The position numbers and the translations under genes are program-made. A stretch of DNA of 63,851 nt, the filler included, from Dimargaris cristalligena (taxonomy: Eukaryota), in the NCBI GenBank assembly GCA_003614675.1. It is 12 parts of 12 records of this genome, joined end to end, with 100 filler letters (N's around TTAATTAATTAA, not from the genome) between each part and the next. Parts side by side here need not be neighbours in the genome. Positions count along the whole stretch, not along the records: positions 21,425 to 26,668 come from ML003663.1; positions 26,769 to 32,010 come from ML003664.1; positions 32,111 to 37,352 come from ML003665.1; positions 37,453 to 42,693 come from ML003666.1; 8 more parts are not named here. One strand, 5' to 3'. Position 1 is the stretch's first letter. Each line of letters begins with the position of its first letter. Shown here piece after piece: positions 25,654 through 38,744 of this stretch. Below the pieces are notes generated by a model that was not told where the DNA came from, did not search any database, and was given only the letters and a program-made list of their open reading frames with translations.

Positions 25654-26668
25654 CTATTTGATCTGTCGCCACGTCGCATCAATTACCCGAGGCTCCTTCA
25701 CCCGATCCCGGCGCCCGGTACCCGAGCCTGGCTTTCGGATTTCGCGCTGGGTCACAGGCACTTCGTACGTGTCACCGGTTTCGGTGCAGACCACCGTGAT
25801 GCGGTCCAGCACAATGGCCCCGGGGTCGGTGATATGGGCCGTCACCGTAGCCAAAGCCACCGCTTCGTTCTTTATACACTCGCTATCCGCTATATCGAAG
25901 CGGACCTCCAGGTCCAATTTATAGCGCGAGACCCGGGTGGAAATCATGACCGCTTCTTCGGCCATTCGGACCAATTCCGGGCTGTAAAAACTGAACGCCT
26001 CGGGGTCCGGGGTATCGAGGATTTCGGCCAGCTTATCGGATTGGGGCAAGGCCTGTTTAATCTGTTCCGCGGCCGCTTCATAAATGTAATCTTTCGTCGC
26101 GTGGGTGACCTGGAAGCGGCGGCGCAGATCCTCGGTGCCCTCCATTTCAATCGACTGTTTCACCTCCTCGAAGAGGCGGTCAAACGGCGACTCTTCGGTG
26201 CGGTAGAGCTTGGCATGGGTGCTGCGGTGCTTGTATTTCTCTTCGTTGTAGAGGGCATCATCCCCCAAACCGAGGATGTGATGAATATCCCGGCGGACCC
26301 GGCGGTAGATGGTCCAAATCCGGAAGATCACGTAACCGGAGGCGCCGATGATGAAAACCGAGAAAAATGGGAGCGTGTAGGCCAGGAAGGCGACACCAGC
26401 GGGGATGGTAGTGGCGATCAGCTTCCACCGCATGGGCAGGACGCTCCAAACGGTTTTGATGAGCCCCCGGGCCACTGGGGTGGACGAGAAAAACCGAACC
26501 GACTGTCCCAAAGGGCCCGGGTTGGATGGAGGTGGTAATAGGGCCAAGGGCCGGCGGAAGGAGGGACGGGCATTGGATAGGTTCGATTCTAATTGCCGGT
26601 CAACGGACAATGGCCGGGTCGGGCGCGATATGGGGTGGTGGATTCTGGCCAGTAAGGAAATGAAGCGT
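25654..26668 (-). CDS. Hypothetical, probably mitochondrial, membrane protein; 5' end cut by contig end
   Basis: 318+ aa ORF with coding-like GC3, presequence-like RFFSSTPVAR and two hydrophobic segments. Confidence 0.75.
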
Positions 26669-26768
26669 NNNNNNNNNNNNNNNNNNNNNNNNNNNNNNNN
26701 NNNNNNNNNNNNTTAATTAATTAANNNNNNNNNNNNNNNNNNNNNNNNNNNNNNNNNNNNNNNNNNNN
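26669..26768. other. Artificial contig spacer
   Basis: N-TTAATTAATTAA-N, 100 bp. Confidence 0.99.
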
Positions 26769-26948
26769 TGCGAAAAATAGATAAAAAATAAAAGTAGGTA
26801 AAAAATGTGGTAAGTTCACCACAGTAATCAAACACATATCTCGCGATAATTTAGGAATGTCCTTTATGGACTACCTTTCGATCTCTCCTTGTGCCCAGAA
26901 CTTCCTTCATAGTCAGCACTTAACCCCAGACTGTGGATGGCCAGCCCT

Positions 26949-27252
26949 CATTTTTTATTTCCTTGAATTCTATGGTGACTTTTTTCTATTGATTTATTAT
27001 TTATTAACATCACCATTTTTTATTATCTTTCAATAAACTTTGTACTCCTCATTTATATCCCCCATCCTCCACTTTGTTTCACTGATCATTTGCCCCTCTA
27101 CTATCTCACCGTGACAATGTCCAACTCTGCCCCAGTCTCATTCAACTCTGTGAACCTCCCATCTTCTGCCACCAGGGAGCTGGCCACTGCAATTTTAGGC
27201 CATACCAATAAGGAGGCTGCTAGCAATAGGCCGGACATCCCAGGTAGTACAA
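26949..27252 (+). repeat. Dispersed repeat E (probable transposon 5' UTR and ORF start), copy 1
   Basis: Aligns with 49330..49672 through ...CCCAGGTAGTACAA. Confidence 0.8.
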
Positions 27253-27733
27253 AACTATACTTAGTGTAAAAACTGACTGTTAATTAAGAGAATACCCAAT
27301 AGGTATTTATATGAAATGGGACATAGCAACCTACTGGTACTATGATAGTACTAGATAAAATAGAATAAAGAAGGCTACCAATGCTGGCAACTTTGGAGGT
27401 GCTAAGTCTGGGGATATGCCCCAAACTTCTATAACTAAAAGATCCTTAAGCTGTGAATAATAACTATGAATACTGAATATTGAATATTGAATACTGGAAG
27501 AGTAGCCTAGTCATTGCATGGCCTATAAATGGGTAGGAAAAGATGAAGACTGACCTTTGGTGATGGTCTTCATCTTTTCTAAACTAAAAATAGTTTGGCC
27601 AGGATATGCTATTAGAGATTAAGCAGGCCTGGTCACAATACTACATTATATTTCATTTCCATTAACCCTGTTTTATATAAATACCCATTGAGTATTCTCT
27701 CAATAAAGGCAAACAGTTTTACACTAGTATAAT
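27253..27733. mobile_element. MITE with ~70-bp imperfect TIRs carrying an LTR-like insert (family C, ending at 27640)
   Basis: 27253..27320 is the approximate reverse complement of 27666..27733; internal ~27517..27640 matches the reverse complement of 58526..58650. Confidence 0.65.
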
Positions 27734-28962
27734 TTAATATTGGTTTTTATTTGATCCCCCGTATTGTCTTATCCGCATCGTCATTTGGCCTAAGCCCATT
27801 CATTATGCACTATCCGCCACGTACTAGAAGGATCCCTGAGTGACCCCCGGTTGCCTAATTGTCCCTGTCTGAAGATCAGATGAGAATCGCCCCCGCTGAG
27901 TGCGCGTTTTTCCATAGTTATCTAGTTTTACCACCGGGCTGTCACTGCTCCAGCCGGCCCTGATAAAGTTATCAGGTTATATTACCTTGTGGTTTTAATT
28001 ACGACCACAACAACGGAAACCCCCACCAATAGATTTAGCAAGTTTACATATTAATGGAGTCAGAATTGTAAATATAACGATATAGAATATGTGAATAGGG
28101 ACATGGGAAATGGTAATGGCTGAATGGAGGTGATTCTTGCACTGATTGAAATCCCTCGACCTGTTGATAAAACCAGATGATGACGTCGCCTTACTCCCAA
28201 CGACAAGTCGGCTTTAATCCCATTGGCTATTAAACACAACAGCCACACCTCTCTTGTTCAATTAATGGTAAGTATCACAGCATTGTTCATTGAAAAACTA
28301 ATAAATACTCACTTTCCAGCGTAGACTGGAGTATATTTCCCCTTATTATCTTAGTATGGAAGATATATTTAAACGGTTTCATGTAAGTATTTGGCACCCC
28401 GGTCCCGAGCCCGAATATCACCTGCCAAGAATAGGCTAGTCAGTATTCTAATTAGCTTAGTCATTTCGCAGGGTACTGAGCGTACGGGAAAACTTCAATA
28501 CGGTTGCATAATTTTGACTGAAATATAGCCGGGAAAATAGGCGGGAATCTGTTCATTTAACTGGTACACACCGCCTCATAGCAAGGATTGATCGCTATAC
28601 TGCCAAACTGAGTTATGCATGTACTTATGTTGGTCCGAATATAGGTAAATGGCCTCGGTATTGAATTGGTGTAGATATACCACATACCCTATCTATTTGG
28701 GTGGGGTGTGAAATGAGGAACCCGTTAAATTCCATATTTATTATAATGCATACCTTGCTCGATAATCCACTAATGGATATTAGTCGATGAATGTTTATTA
28801 TATACATAGAGAGTAGGCCTAACAAACCAAGGCTCCAATAGTCAACAATGGGCTATAGGAGAGGGGACCTTGGATTACGGCCGTATAATTACAAATATAC
28901 TTGAGAAATTGGAATGAGCGATGTCGCATGACGCATGTGATGGATTATTTGAATAAATCTAA

Positions 28963-31218
28963 CTACAGTTCAGACCATAGATGATGTCCGATATCCAGGC
29001 TTCGTCTGACAAAAGGCGAGTCCCGCATGGTCCGAATCTCGTCCACAATCTTAATGTTGGCCTTCCACAGATCCCCAAAGCAATCTAAGACTTGGACGAT
29101 TTCGTCGATAAGCCGAGTAGCCAACCTCCGATCAGCAGCCGCCACCAGACTAGGAATAGCCGAGCCCATCCCGTGGATATGCTCGCTGCACACCATGGCA
29201 GCGGGATACAAAGACGCAATAAACAGCGTGTTGTTGATAAAAGCAGGCGGGGTAGCCGAATCAATTAGCAGTTCACGAAGCCGAACAGTGTTGGTCCAGC
29301 ACCGCTCATGACATTCCGACAGAGTGCGACCAGTCAAATCCCCCGCCGCCTGAAGGGCACTGTTTAGGGCCAGGCCGGGAAAGGGGTCTGGACTATCGGG
29401 GGAATGACCATCGAAGTGATTGAGGTGGATGATCAGCGTGGCACACAGTACGCGGACCTGAAAATAATAGGTATTAGCTTCCACCCAAGTGGGAAGGTCA
29501 GACGTGCCTTCCGTTTCCTGCCAATCCGTGCGGGCCAGTGCGGTATATCGAGTGTGCCATTGCTCAAGTTCGTAATTGAGACTGGGTAAACTATTTAACC
29601 AGGCTGCGGGGTCAGAGGTCTGCAGCGCCCGGAGCTTGGCCACATGATGGCCAAGAATGACCACCTCAGCTTTGACAATAGTGATGTTGTTTTTAAGGCG
29701 GGAATTACTTAAAAGAGTCGGGTACTCTTTACCAGTAAAAATGGCTGAGTTCGGATTAGCAAGTTCAGTGTCCAACAGGGATTCAACTACAACGCCGGGA
29801 CATGGCGGGTTGACGTAGCAGTCATCCAAATCAATAAGTGGCCGATGCCCCAACACGAGTGCCCCGATCATATCTTTGAATAATGCGGCCCACCACAGTA
29901 CCCGGTAGCACTCGCGTAGTATTTCGCTGCCGATGGCTGGAACATCCACGGCCGCGCCCAACTTCGAGCCAAGGTAGGCCAGTCGCGGGGGTGGATTAGG
30001 GTGGTCCAAGAGATGGATTCGTTCAGTTTGCTGTTTACGGATTGAAGCGGCAATTAAGGACTGGTGCAGTGAGAACATGCCCAAGTTAAGTGTAGCATCG
30101 GCTACTAGGTTGAGTACACCGTACATATCCGGACTGGAGTCTTCCAGGCAAAAAGGTACCATGGAAAGGAGACGACTGTGGTATTCGATATTCACACTGT
30201 GCGGCGTGATATGATCGAAAATGGGGTGGTCCGAGAAGGGCGCTACAGCCATCATGGCAGCCAGCTGAAAGGGTTTGGAAATAAGTCCGTTATCCAGCCG
30301 AAATAATACCCGGAAATTATTCAATGGATTACAGCCCTTGTAAATAAACGTGGAAAAGTTGTCGATTGAATGTCGAACCACGCTAGAATGGTATAACAAG
30401 TCGGTGGGAATGATTAGAGAGCGGGTATTGAAGGGGCCAGCGCCAGGACTCCGTGAAACGACAGTGGGTGGCTGGGAATCGCTCTGCTTGACCAGGCGGG
30501 AAATCTGGTCAAGGTAGGTGATACCCTGGGGGGAGGCTGGTCGATTTCGAATCAGTTTGAACAGTAGCCGTGATGTAATCTGACTAATGCTATCGAGAGC
30601 TAGGCGAGTCGAGGGCAGCTGCCTCACACTTGTCGCTAGCCAAAAAGGAAGCGCGAGTGGGGTCGCTGTAATAAGGTTCGGTGGCGACGTTGGGGATACT
30701 AGGGAAGAAACTTCGAGACCGATATCGTCCCAAGACGACGAATAACCGACGACAGTTGTCGAGTGCGGGTTCGATAAGTTTGGTAGCTGGTCTTGATCAG
30801 CCCGCCCCCCAGTTGTCACCAAGGGAACTGTTACGGTTTGGCATTTAGTAGGGGGATAAAGCGAGCCATCACCATCGCTTGGCGGGGAAAGTGGCACTAT
30901 AGGGGACAGGGTTCTAGCTTCGGGAAACCTCTGCAGGTCAGGTGGACCGGCTGACGGACAATTGGCATAGGTCACCGGGTTACTAAAGACGGGTATCCTC
31001 TGGGTAGCGAGGTGTGCCAAGACTTTGCGACGGCGGGCTGGGGTCATCTGGTAATGACAATCAGTACCCCACTGCAAGCACCTGAAGCAACGGGGCAGAA
31101 GTCGATTGCAGCCAGATTTGCGCTTCCGGCAGGCAAGGCAGGAATATCGGGAACGGCTGGGGTTTGACCCCCCAGGGACGGTAATTAAAACGGGGGCATC
31201 AGTGGTAGCGCGACTCAT
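28963..31218 (-). CDS. Zn(II)2Cys6 fungal transcription factor, 751 aa, intronless
   Basis: CLACRKRKSGCNRLLPRCFRCLQWGTDC cluster; middle-homology-like region RECYRVLWWAALFKD. Confidence 0.93.
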   Translation of the reverse strand: MSRATTDAPVLITVPGGSNPSRSRYSCLACRKRKSGCNRLLPRCFRCLQWGTDCHYQMTPARRRKVLAHLATQRIPVFSNPVTYANCPSAGPPDLQRFPEARTLSPIVPLSPPSDGDGSLYPPTKCQTVTVPLVTTGGRADQDQLPNLSNPHSTTVVGYSSSWDDIGLEVSSLVSPTSPPNLITATPLALPFWLATSVRQLPSTRLALDSISQITSRLLFKLIRNRPASPQGITYLDQISRLVKQSDSQPPTVVSRSPGAGPFNTRSLIIPTDLLYHSSVVRHSIDNFSTFIYKGCNPLNNFRVLFRLDNGLISKPFQLAAMMAVAPFSDHPIFDHITPHSVNIEYHSRLLSMVPFCLEDSSPDMYGVLNLVADATLNLGMFSLHQSLIAASIRKQQTERIHLLDHPNPPPRLAYLGSKLGAAVDVPAIGSEILRECYRVLWWAALFKDMIGALVLGHRPLIDLDDCYVNPPCPGVVVESLLDTELANPNSAIFTGKEYPTLLSNSRLKNNITIVKAEVVILGHHVAKLRALQTSDPAAWLNSLPSLNYELEQWHTRYTALARTDWQETEGTSDLPTWVEANTYYFQVRVLCATLIIHLNHFDGHSPDSPDPFPGLALNSALQAAGDLTGRTLSECHERCWTNTVRLRELLIDSATPPAFINNTLFIASLYPAAMVCSEHIHGMGSAIPSLVAAADRRLATRLIDEIVQVLDCFGDLWKANIKIVDEIRTMRDSPFVRRSLDIGHHLWSEL

Positions 31219-31874
31219 GGGAGAGCGTCCTAAGGGCGGTTCTGTGTAGTCGGACTGGAAAGTGTATAAGCCTGACAGATACCAAAAACGAAAGAGAAGG
31301 TGAATGGGTAATAGTGGATCGAAGAGAAGTAAACGAAAAACCCACTTCTTTAAAGTGTTAACCGCAGGTGTAAGGAGTAGAGTTGGCTGTGGTGGACATG
31401 TATATCCTCCAAAGGGTCATATTGGTAAGGATAGGGTGGTATTGTTAGGATGCGAACTGGAATAGAAACTTAATCGAGGTAAACTTGGACCGAGTAGAAC
31501 TAACAATGATTCCACTTACATGAGACGAAAACAGTATAAAGCGAGTTTCGGTGGATGTTACCATCATATGCAGGCAAGTCACAACTATTAGGCTATGCGA
31601 ATAATTAGATCGCACACTACATACCAAATTACTATACATTAAAGATATTTCGGCCAATGATTTGGCTATAATGTGCTGATATGATAAGCAATGGCCCCAA
31701 AGATACTAGCAATGTATATACCAGATTACTGGTTTTACCAGACGGACTTTCTACAAATGGGGCGCTTAGCCGTGGGGCACTACTAATTGGGGAGGCGGGC
31801 GTATAATGGAGGTTACGGGATACAACCAATACTATCTAAGGGTACATCTATATGGCAGAAGTTCAACTATGCTG

Positions 31875-31995
31875 TATATCAAAAAATCCGTTAGAAGAGG
31901 TCAATCCTACACATGGAAAATATATATCCCGATTATTTTTCCATATACATCAGCCAAAACCTTGTACAGCAGGGTCAATTTTCATCCGTATAATT
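31875..31995 (+). repeat. Dispersed ~120-bp repeat D
   Basis: AAAAATCCGTT...TTCATCCGTATA; similar to 35586..35705 and 38745..38870. Confidence 0.55.
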
Positions 31996-32010
31996 AGTTA
32001 AACGGTTTCT

Positions 32011-32110
32011 NNNNNNNNNNNNNNNNNNNNNNNNNNNNNNNNNNNNNNNNNNNNTTAATTAATTAANNNNNNNNNNNNNNNNNNNNNNNNNNNNNNNNNN
32101 NNNNNNNNNN
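32011..32110. other. Artificial contig spacer
   Basis: N-TTAATTAATTAA-N, 100 bp. Confidence 0.99.
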
Positions 32111-32910
32111 GAATGGCCAATGAGTATCACGGACTCAGGGAGGGCCCAGTCGAGAGTCGGGTCCGAATCTAAGCCCAGTTGGGACCGGTACTTGGAGCGG
32201 TTCTCCGAGTACACGGACAAAATATAGGCAATAGCATCATTAACAAACTCGGCCTGCTCATGTAGTGAAAAGCCATGAAGTGCGGTGAATTCTTCGTTCA
32301 AGTCCAGGCTAAAGAAGTCGAACCCTATATTTCCCTGGGCCTGGGAATCTTTCAAAAAGGCAGTTCGGGCGTGGTCAAACTGGCGGGAGGCTGTAGCCGC
32401 GATGGACCGAACCTGTTTATAACTGCCGGCATTCCCGGGGATAAATAAAATGGGGATGCGGAAGGGCTCCCGGAGTAGTTCGTCCACGCCGCCTTCGCGG
32501 TAGAGATAGAGCCGGTACTTGGAGGCAAACCGAGTGCGGGAGAGGTCCAGACCATTCTGCCGAATGTAGTTGGGGTACATGTAGAAGAGGTCGCACCCAC
32601 GCGGCTCGACTTGCTGTTGAAAGAAGACGTGAAGCATTATGGCTAGGAACCCCACGGCAAAGGTGGCCAGAGCCCATAAAATGACGGTGCACCGGTGAAA
32701 CGGCCAGTGGCCGCGCGGATTGTATATTACATGAGACTTGCGTCGCGCGATGAAGGAGGACGAGGGACAGTCATTGAGATCCCCCAGGAGAGTATGAGTG
32801 TCTTCGGCTTTGGTGGAGGAGTCGGAACCCTCTTCACAGTACCGACGCCTGCTAAGGGTTGGGGCAAGGGCAGTCCCATAGTAGTTGGACGAGGTGGGAT
32901 TCGTCGCCAT
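32111..32910 (-). CDS. BST1: GPI inositol-deacylase (Bst1/PGAP1), 5' part
   Basis: TM anchor, KYRLYLYRE, PILFIPGNAGSYKQVRS, DLNEEFTALHG, VILIGH(S) lipase motif at the contig edge. Confidence 0.95.
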
Positions 32911-35585
32911 GGTATAAGAACTGGGTACAGGATAAAGGGGGAGGGGGGGGTGATTCGGGAGGACAGTTTCGGAATGGGGCGAATAAGTTAAGGGGCCTAT
33001 ACGGCCAATCGCGTAGAGTGGGGTATGTAGCTACAATGTAGCCGTGAAGAGACCGTTGAAGGGCTAGGTGGAAAGTTTCGATTGGAGATACGTCACAGCG
33101 ACGGGGGTTCAATAGGCGTACGGCGAAACACAAATATAGAAAAGACTAGTAGTGGTACGTAGGACAAAAGAACGATTACAAGATATATATTGGGTACAAA
33201 ACGTAAGAAAACGCCAGACCGAATGGTAGCAGGGAATTCAAGCGACAACCTAGGGGGAAAGACGCAGCGGCAGACCAGAAACAGGTAGAGTAATGCGGTA
33301 ATGTGGTAGAAGGGGGGGTATATAGTAAGCGAGGAGGGAGTTGGAAACAACCACGGCCTTTGTCGCTTGAGACCTATGGCTGAGGCTAGTGGGTGGTAAT
33401 AAAGTAAAGGTGTTTCAAAGTGAGTCGGCCACCAACAGATAGATATGTTGCAAAGAAAAGAAAGAAATATATGTTGGGCCCTAAACCACCTCTACCATAC
33501 AACATGCGCGGGGAAAGTAAGGGGGAAGTAGGTAAAAATAAGCAAGAAAGTGGGTTTGCCAAGGCTTTTTCTTCCTCCATATACAGTGGCCTTCTAAAGA
33601 GTGGATAGGATCGTTAACGGCGCATACGTAATCGGATTAAACTGGGGGCCATCAAAAACTGGACATTGAGCTCTCCACAGTTACCATTGAAATTGAGACT
33701 AATTGCTACGGTTCTTGGTAAAGATAATTCGCCCCCAGCCTCCCACAAAACCGAACTGTACTGACCGTTTGCTATTCTTGCGGACTAGCCATATCTGCAT
33801 CCAGGCCGTGGTAATCCACACTGACCTGGCCGAATAGCAGGCATTGGCGGTGCGGTTAATTGTTCCATGATGGAAACAGTCGAAATTAAGCGAGGGTGTG
33901 AGTATTTCCCATATCGTATTGGCCTGCCAGCTTGTCATGGTTACACTAAGCGGGGGGGCTGGTCTTGGGCAACCTGTGTTTAGCCCTCCCCTAGGCCTGC
34001 TTACCTGCTTAGGCCAGAGGAACATGTGTGTGGAGAGATACGGGGCGTCTCAGGTGGACAGTGAGAGGTGAAATTATGACTGCCTGCTGATGCGCATTGA
34101 ACCATAGACGGTTAAAGCATAATGGCTAACTTGCTACATTCTGGGGGGATTGGTGGGGATTGCCCCCAAGTATAAGGTCGCCCCATGACGACTTACAAGA
34201 TGCAAGCCGATGGTACTCGTGCATTATACAGCCAGGATAACACATCAATGTCGAGGCAAATAAATCTAAGCGAGGCAGTTACGAAATAAAGGAAGCGGTA
34301 CCCTTTAGATATGGTGGCGGCTGAGTTAGACCATTTATAGAATACGACTGGGAGGACTATTTAACCTGGATATCAAGTGAGGGTATATGCGCATGAAGTG
34401 ACCCCCCTATCCTTTGGTGAATATACACACAAATGTATGCACGAAAGAGCCGGAGGTTTCTCTCCATTCAACGCATCTGTCCCAATATATTTAACTCTTA
34501 AAAATTAGACACTGTCAGTGGGAATGGCCATTTTTTTAGTATCCCTAATCCCGTACAGATAAGAATGGTCGGTGGCTGACTCCAAAACTTCATGCAACAG
34601 CCCAGGGAATGCGACATAGCAATTCGATAGAAGGTATCGTCGACCAGTCCAGCGAACTAATAGAACCCCAATTACAACTCCACCCTCCCACGTCTCCTAT
34701 CGTGGAATGTAGAATTACCCGTAGCCTGGTACTTTGGGGGTTGTGGGAGGTTAGAACACTGTGCAAAAGTAGGGAACAATATCTGCCGCAGGGTTCATAG
34801 AGGGGCTTAATGGTGGTTTAGGTAGAGTTGGGGAGAGGAAACCCTCAGTCTTTCTTAAAACACCTATAATGAATACAGGCGCCATCTCATGAAAATGCTA
34901 TTATTCCACCATCCTGATCTTCAATTTAGCAGGAAAAACTGTTTTGCCAGCTTCGCAAGGCATACCAATTAGGCAGCCGTGGGCAATCCCATCTTTATTG
35001 AGGAGGCCCCCTCTCGTTTTTTTCGGACATGGTATCCGCATTAGAATGGACCTATAGAACAGAACAGATAATAGCATGGCCCGTCTCTATATTTCCCCCC
35101 TAGTGCTTGGCACTCTCACCGCCTCATTCCTCAAACCCATAGCTTAAAATCTCTAGTTAATATGTGTCTATACACCCTAAAAACTAATAAATGTGCGATT
35201 GGTATAAAATGGCAGTATCCCCAAACCACGTACCAAATATTACTAGGTGAGTGGGTCTTGGGGGGAAAGAAAATATAGTGTTTAGATATATCTCCAGGTG
35301 TGTCTTCTGTGGTGTACACCCAGCCAACAACCATATTCCAACACCTATCATCTGTTTTATTTTTTGGCGTTTACTTTATTATAATAGCTGGGACCTGGCC
35401 AAAAATGCTTACCATGGTCCGCGAGTACAAAGTCACCCGTGTACATGCCTTGGTGAAGCGTGAGTAGTAAAATATTTTGGGCTATAAAAATCCGGTGCCA
35501 AACATATACTTTGCTATGTGTAATGAATACCCATTCTTTTTTTGTATATATGTAAAGATATGGGAGAGATTCAACCGAACTGTAC

Positions 35586-35705
35586 AACGAAAAATCCGTT
35601 GGATGAAGTAAAAATTACTGGTTCAGAATAAATATCCCATATATTTTCCCATATATATATTATTGAAACCATTATACTGCTGGGCCGAATTTCACCCATA
35701 TTATA
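35586..35705 (+). repeat. Dispersed ~120-bp repeat D
   Basis: AACGAAAAATCCGTTGGATGA...CCGAATTTCACCCATAT; aligns with 38745..38870. Confidence 0.7.
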
Positions 35706-37352
35706 ATAAACAAACACACCTTATTAGGGTATTAACAGGTGAACCAACTGTATAGTGCAGGGAGGTAAAACCTGAATGGCGAGGGGATTATCCTGTATAC
35801 CTGTTTTAGTGGACTTTCTTTCCAGTACTTCATTACAATCCTATCATCGATACTGTAGTATCCGCGCCTCTAATCAGCCGATGGTATCGATAAATTAAAC
35901 AGCGAAGATTCCAGTATTCTCTCAGTGGTCCTTCACATCACCAATATACTGGGTCAAGCTTGTGTACCTACTTCAACACAGTGCCATTGAGAGGACCTGC
36001 AGCTATTGCTTCCAATAATATCCACTCTTCAAAGACTGACATATCACTATCAATTTGGGACCAAGTCAAAACACCGATACTGGGTTAGGCAGTGTTGACA
36101 TTAGAATTGAAGACACCAAAGTGTAGAGCTGCAAGGAACCACGATACCACGGGGAAACCAAACAACAGTCTGATAATTCCACCTTTTCGGGATGTTGGGG
36201 GTTTCCCTGAAAAAAGTATATTCTAAGCTGACATTAGGGGTATGATATGGCATTGACAGGCAGATGGGAGTTATTTCAGTATGTATTCACAATTTCTGGA
36301 CAACACAGTGGGTAGCTACATCTTTATCTATTGTTATATAAAGACCCCCACGTCTATTTGGCCATGTGTCAATCACCAGCACCCTGGGTGTTTGTCTACA
36401 TCATTTAGCTATATTTTTCACACGAGTTGGCCTTTAAGGGTAATATACTGTGACCATTGGCTCAGATTGGGCCAGTCCCTTTAACAACCCATGTGTCTGA
36501 TATGGGAAAGGATTATACATTGATAATATAGCTGATTCATACATTTATATATTCATTATAAATAGCTGGTTGTAGCCCCAATAAATTTTAAATGTGTATG
36601 CGGGGCTCTTTTTTCCACGCTTTGTTTGATTAATAGATGGTTGCACGTAATCACCTGCATATTCCACTGCCGGTAGATAATATTCAGGTATTTAATAGAA
36701 TGTATTATGCTGGAATGCTTTATTTGAGGCCACTCATGTTGGAAATTCATTTCTCCCGCCCCTCCGAATCCTTTACTCTGATTGGTCCGTCCTAATACCC
36801 GGGACTATTCTCTATCTATGATTATATCACCCTATACTCGGAACAACGTTTTTATCATCATTACTGCTATTTCCAATACAATAAAACCAACCACGGGCAT
36901 CTAGCTTTGCCCCTTGCGGTTCTTTCTCTCTTATTTAAATCTTTATAGTTGCAATTGAAGGTACTTGCGTTTACCATCATATTTATATTTCCAACAACTC
37001 AAGCTAGATCGTAGCAAAAGCCATGGGTAGCTGGGTTAACTCAGGGAGAGCAGAGACTGTGTAAGGATATTCTTACCTTCCTTATGCGTTTAAAGTATTG
37101 AATATCCTAGAAAAAAGACTCGACTGTTGCCAATTCTCTCTCAATTTCACTACATGTACGAAGTAACCACCTTCCTTCAGGATTCGCATTCATGTTCACT
37201 GGACTGTAGGGGATCGCCCCACACTAAGTAAATAATCAGACAACATGCAGGTATTAAGGATCAGCGTTGCCCATCGCACTACCATTTTGGTATAGATACT
37301 GTAACGGTTTAGGTCGAGTGGGACCTATGGATTAACCGAGTTTCCAAAGAAG

Positions 37353-37452
37353 NNNNNNNNNNNNNNNNNNNNNNNNNNNNNNNNNNNNNNNNNNNNTTAA
37401 TTAATTAANNNNNNNNNNNNNNNNNNNNNNNNNNNNNNNNNNNNNNNNNNNN
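37353..37452. other. Artificial contig spacer
   Basis: N-TTAATTAATTAA-N, 100 bp. Confidence 0.99.
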
Positions 37453-38160
37453 TTTTTAGTTGCATCTGAAGGCACTTGCGTTTACTATTGAATTCATATT
37501 TCCAACAGCGGATTGAAATAAGAGAATGAGAGTGCATGTGAGAAAGCTACATCCAAGTGTTAGCTGATCAATGTCGAGCGGTGCCGACGAGCTTGGAGGG
37601 TCGCTTGATATGTTGGCCACAATACTTTCCCATTTTCCCCAGACATGAAGAACGTCACTATGGAATGGGCAGTGGGGGGACCCATGTTGCGATTTACTCA
37701 TGAAAAACCGGGCTTGGTCTTTGTTTTATACCCGATATAAAGACCTTTGTCTCTTAAGCCGCCGATTTTTTTAAGCAGCAATTACAGAGGCCAGTTGGGA
37801 TGAGCGGCAGCCGTGTACAATTTCATTTTCACGCCGCTCCGCAATCTATAGTGTTGAGCTCCATCTAACCTATTCTTCTGCTGTTTCCAGCCGTATAAAT
37901 ACGGTCCCGTTGCCTCCACTTGCTCAGCTTCATTAGTATCATCATCATCAGCAGCAGCACCAACATCAACACCATCGTCACCACCCACTGATTTGCACTC
38001 GTCGAATTCTCACTTCACCTATCTCGCTTTTCTTACGGCTTACCATTTTCTCGGTCCGGTCATATTTCCCCGTGCTTGCCAAGCCAGTTCCACCACCACC
38101 ACCCCCTACGATCATATTCCATCCCCATCCTCCATATTCACTCACTCACTCACCATTACC

Positions 38161-38439
38161 ATGCGTTTCCTAGCCCTTACCGGTGCCCTAATGGCCCTCG
38201 CTTTGACGTCTCTCTACACCGTGGAAGCCGCTGCTCCACCCAAGCCCTCTACTGGCGGAAACAAATTTACTCCAGTAAAAACGGAAAGCACTTACGGAGG
38301 GACGAATAGAAAGCCCGGCCAAACCGTTTCCGGCTGGAAAAAAGAAAGTAAACCTGCTCCACCCCCAGCGGCTAAACCTGTCGAGAAGAAGCAGTGGGCC
38401 ACAGTTATTACAAAGCCCGGTGTCCGAAGCAGAGGCTAA
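38161..38439 (+). CDS. Small secreted basic K/P-rich protein, 92 aa
   Basis: Signal-peptide-like MRFLALTGALMALALTSLYTVEA followed by a Cys-free Lys/Pro-rich mature region. Confidence 0.8.
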   Translation: MRFLALTGALMALALTSLYTVEAAAPPKPSTGGNKFTPVKTESTYGGTNRKPGQTVSGWKKESKPAPPPAAKPVEKKQWATVITKPGVRSRG

Positions 38440-38744
38440 GCCTAAGTCGCCGAACCACGCTATTCCATCGGGTAGACCTCCCCTTTTCCCCCGTTGAATC
38501 CCGTCCGCCGACTTTCATATGAATAGATCATTTTCTGTAGACGTCGCAGCACTATTCATGGCAGTTAAATTGATCCCTCGGGACAGTTACTTTTACCCAC
38601 ACCAGGCCTATTATTAGTTAGACCGCTGCTGCTTGTTGCAATTTAAATAAAAAATCTTCTTTTTTTGTATATAAGCGGAGTTAAATTGTAAAGTAGGTTA
38701 GGTTAGTTGATTACATATAGGAAAGTTTCAACATAATTGGATTT

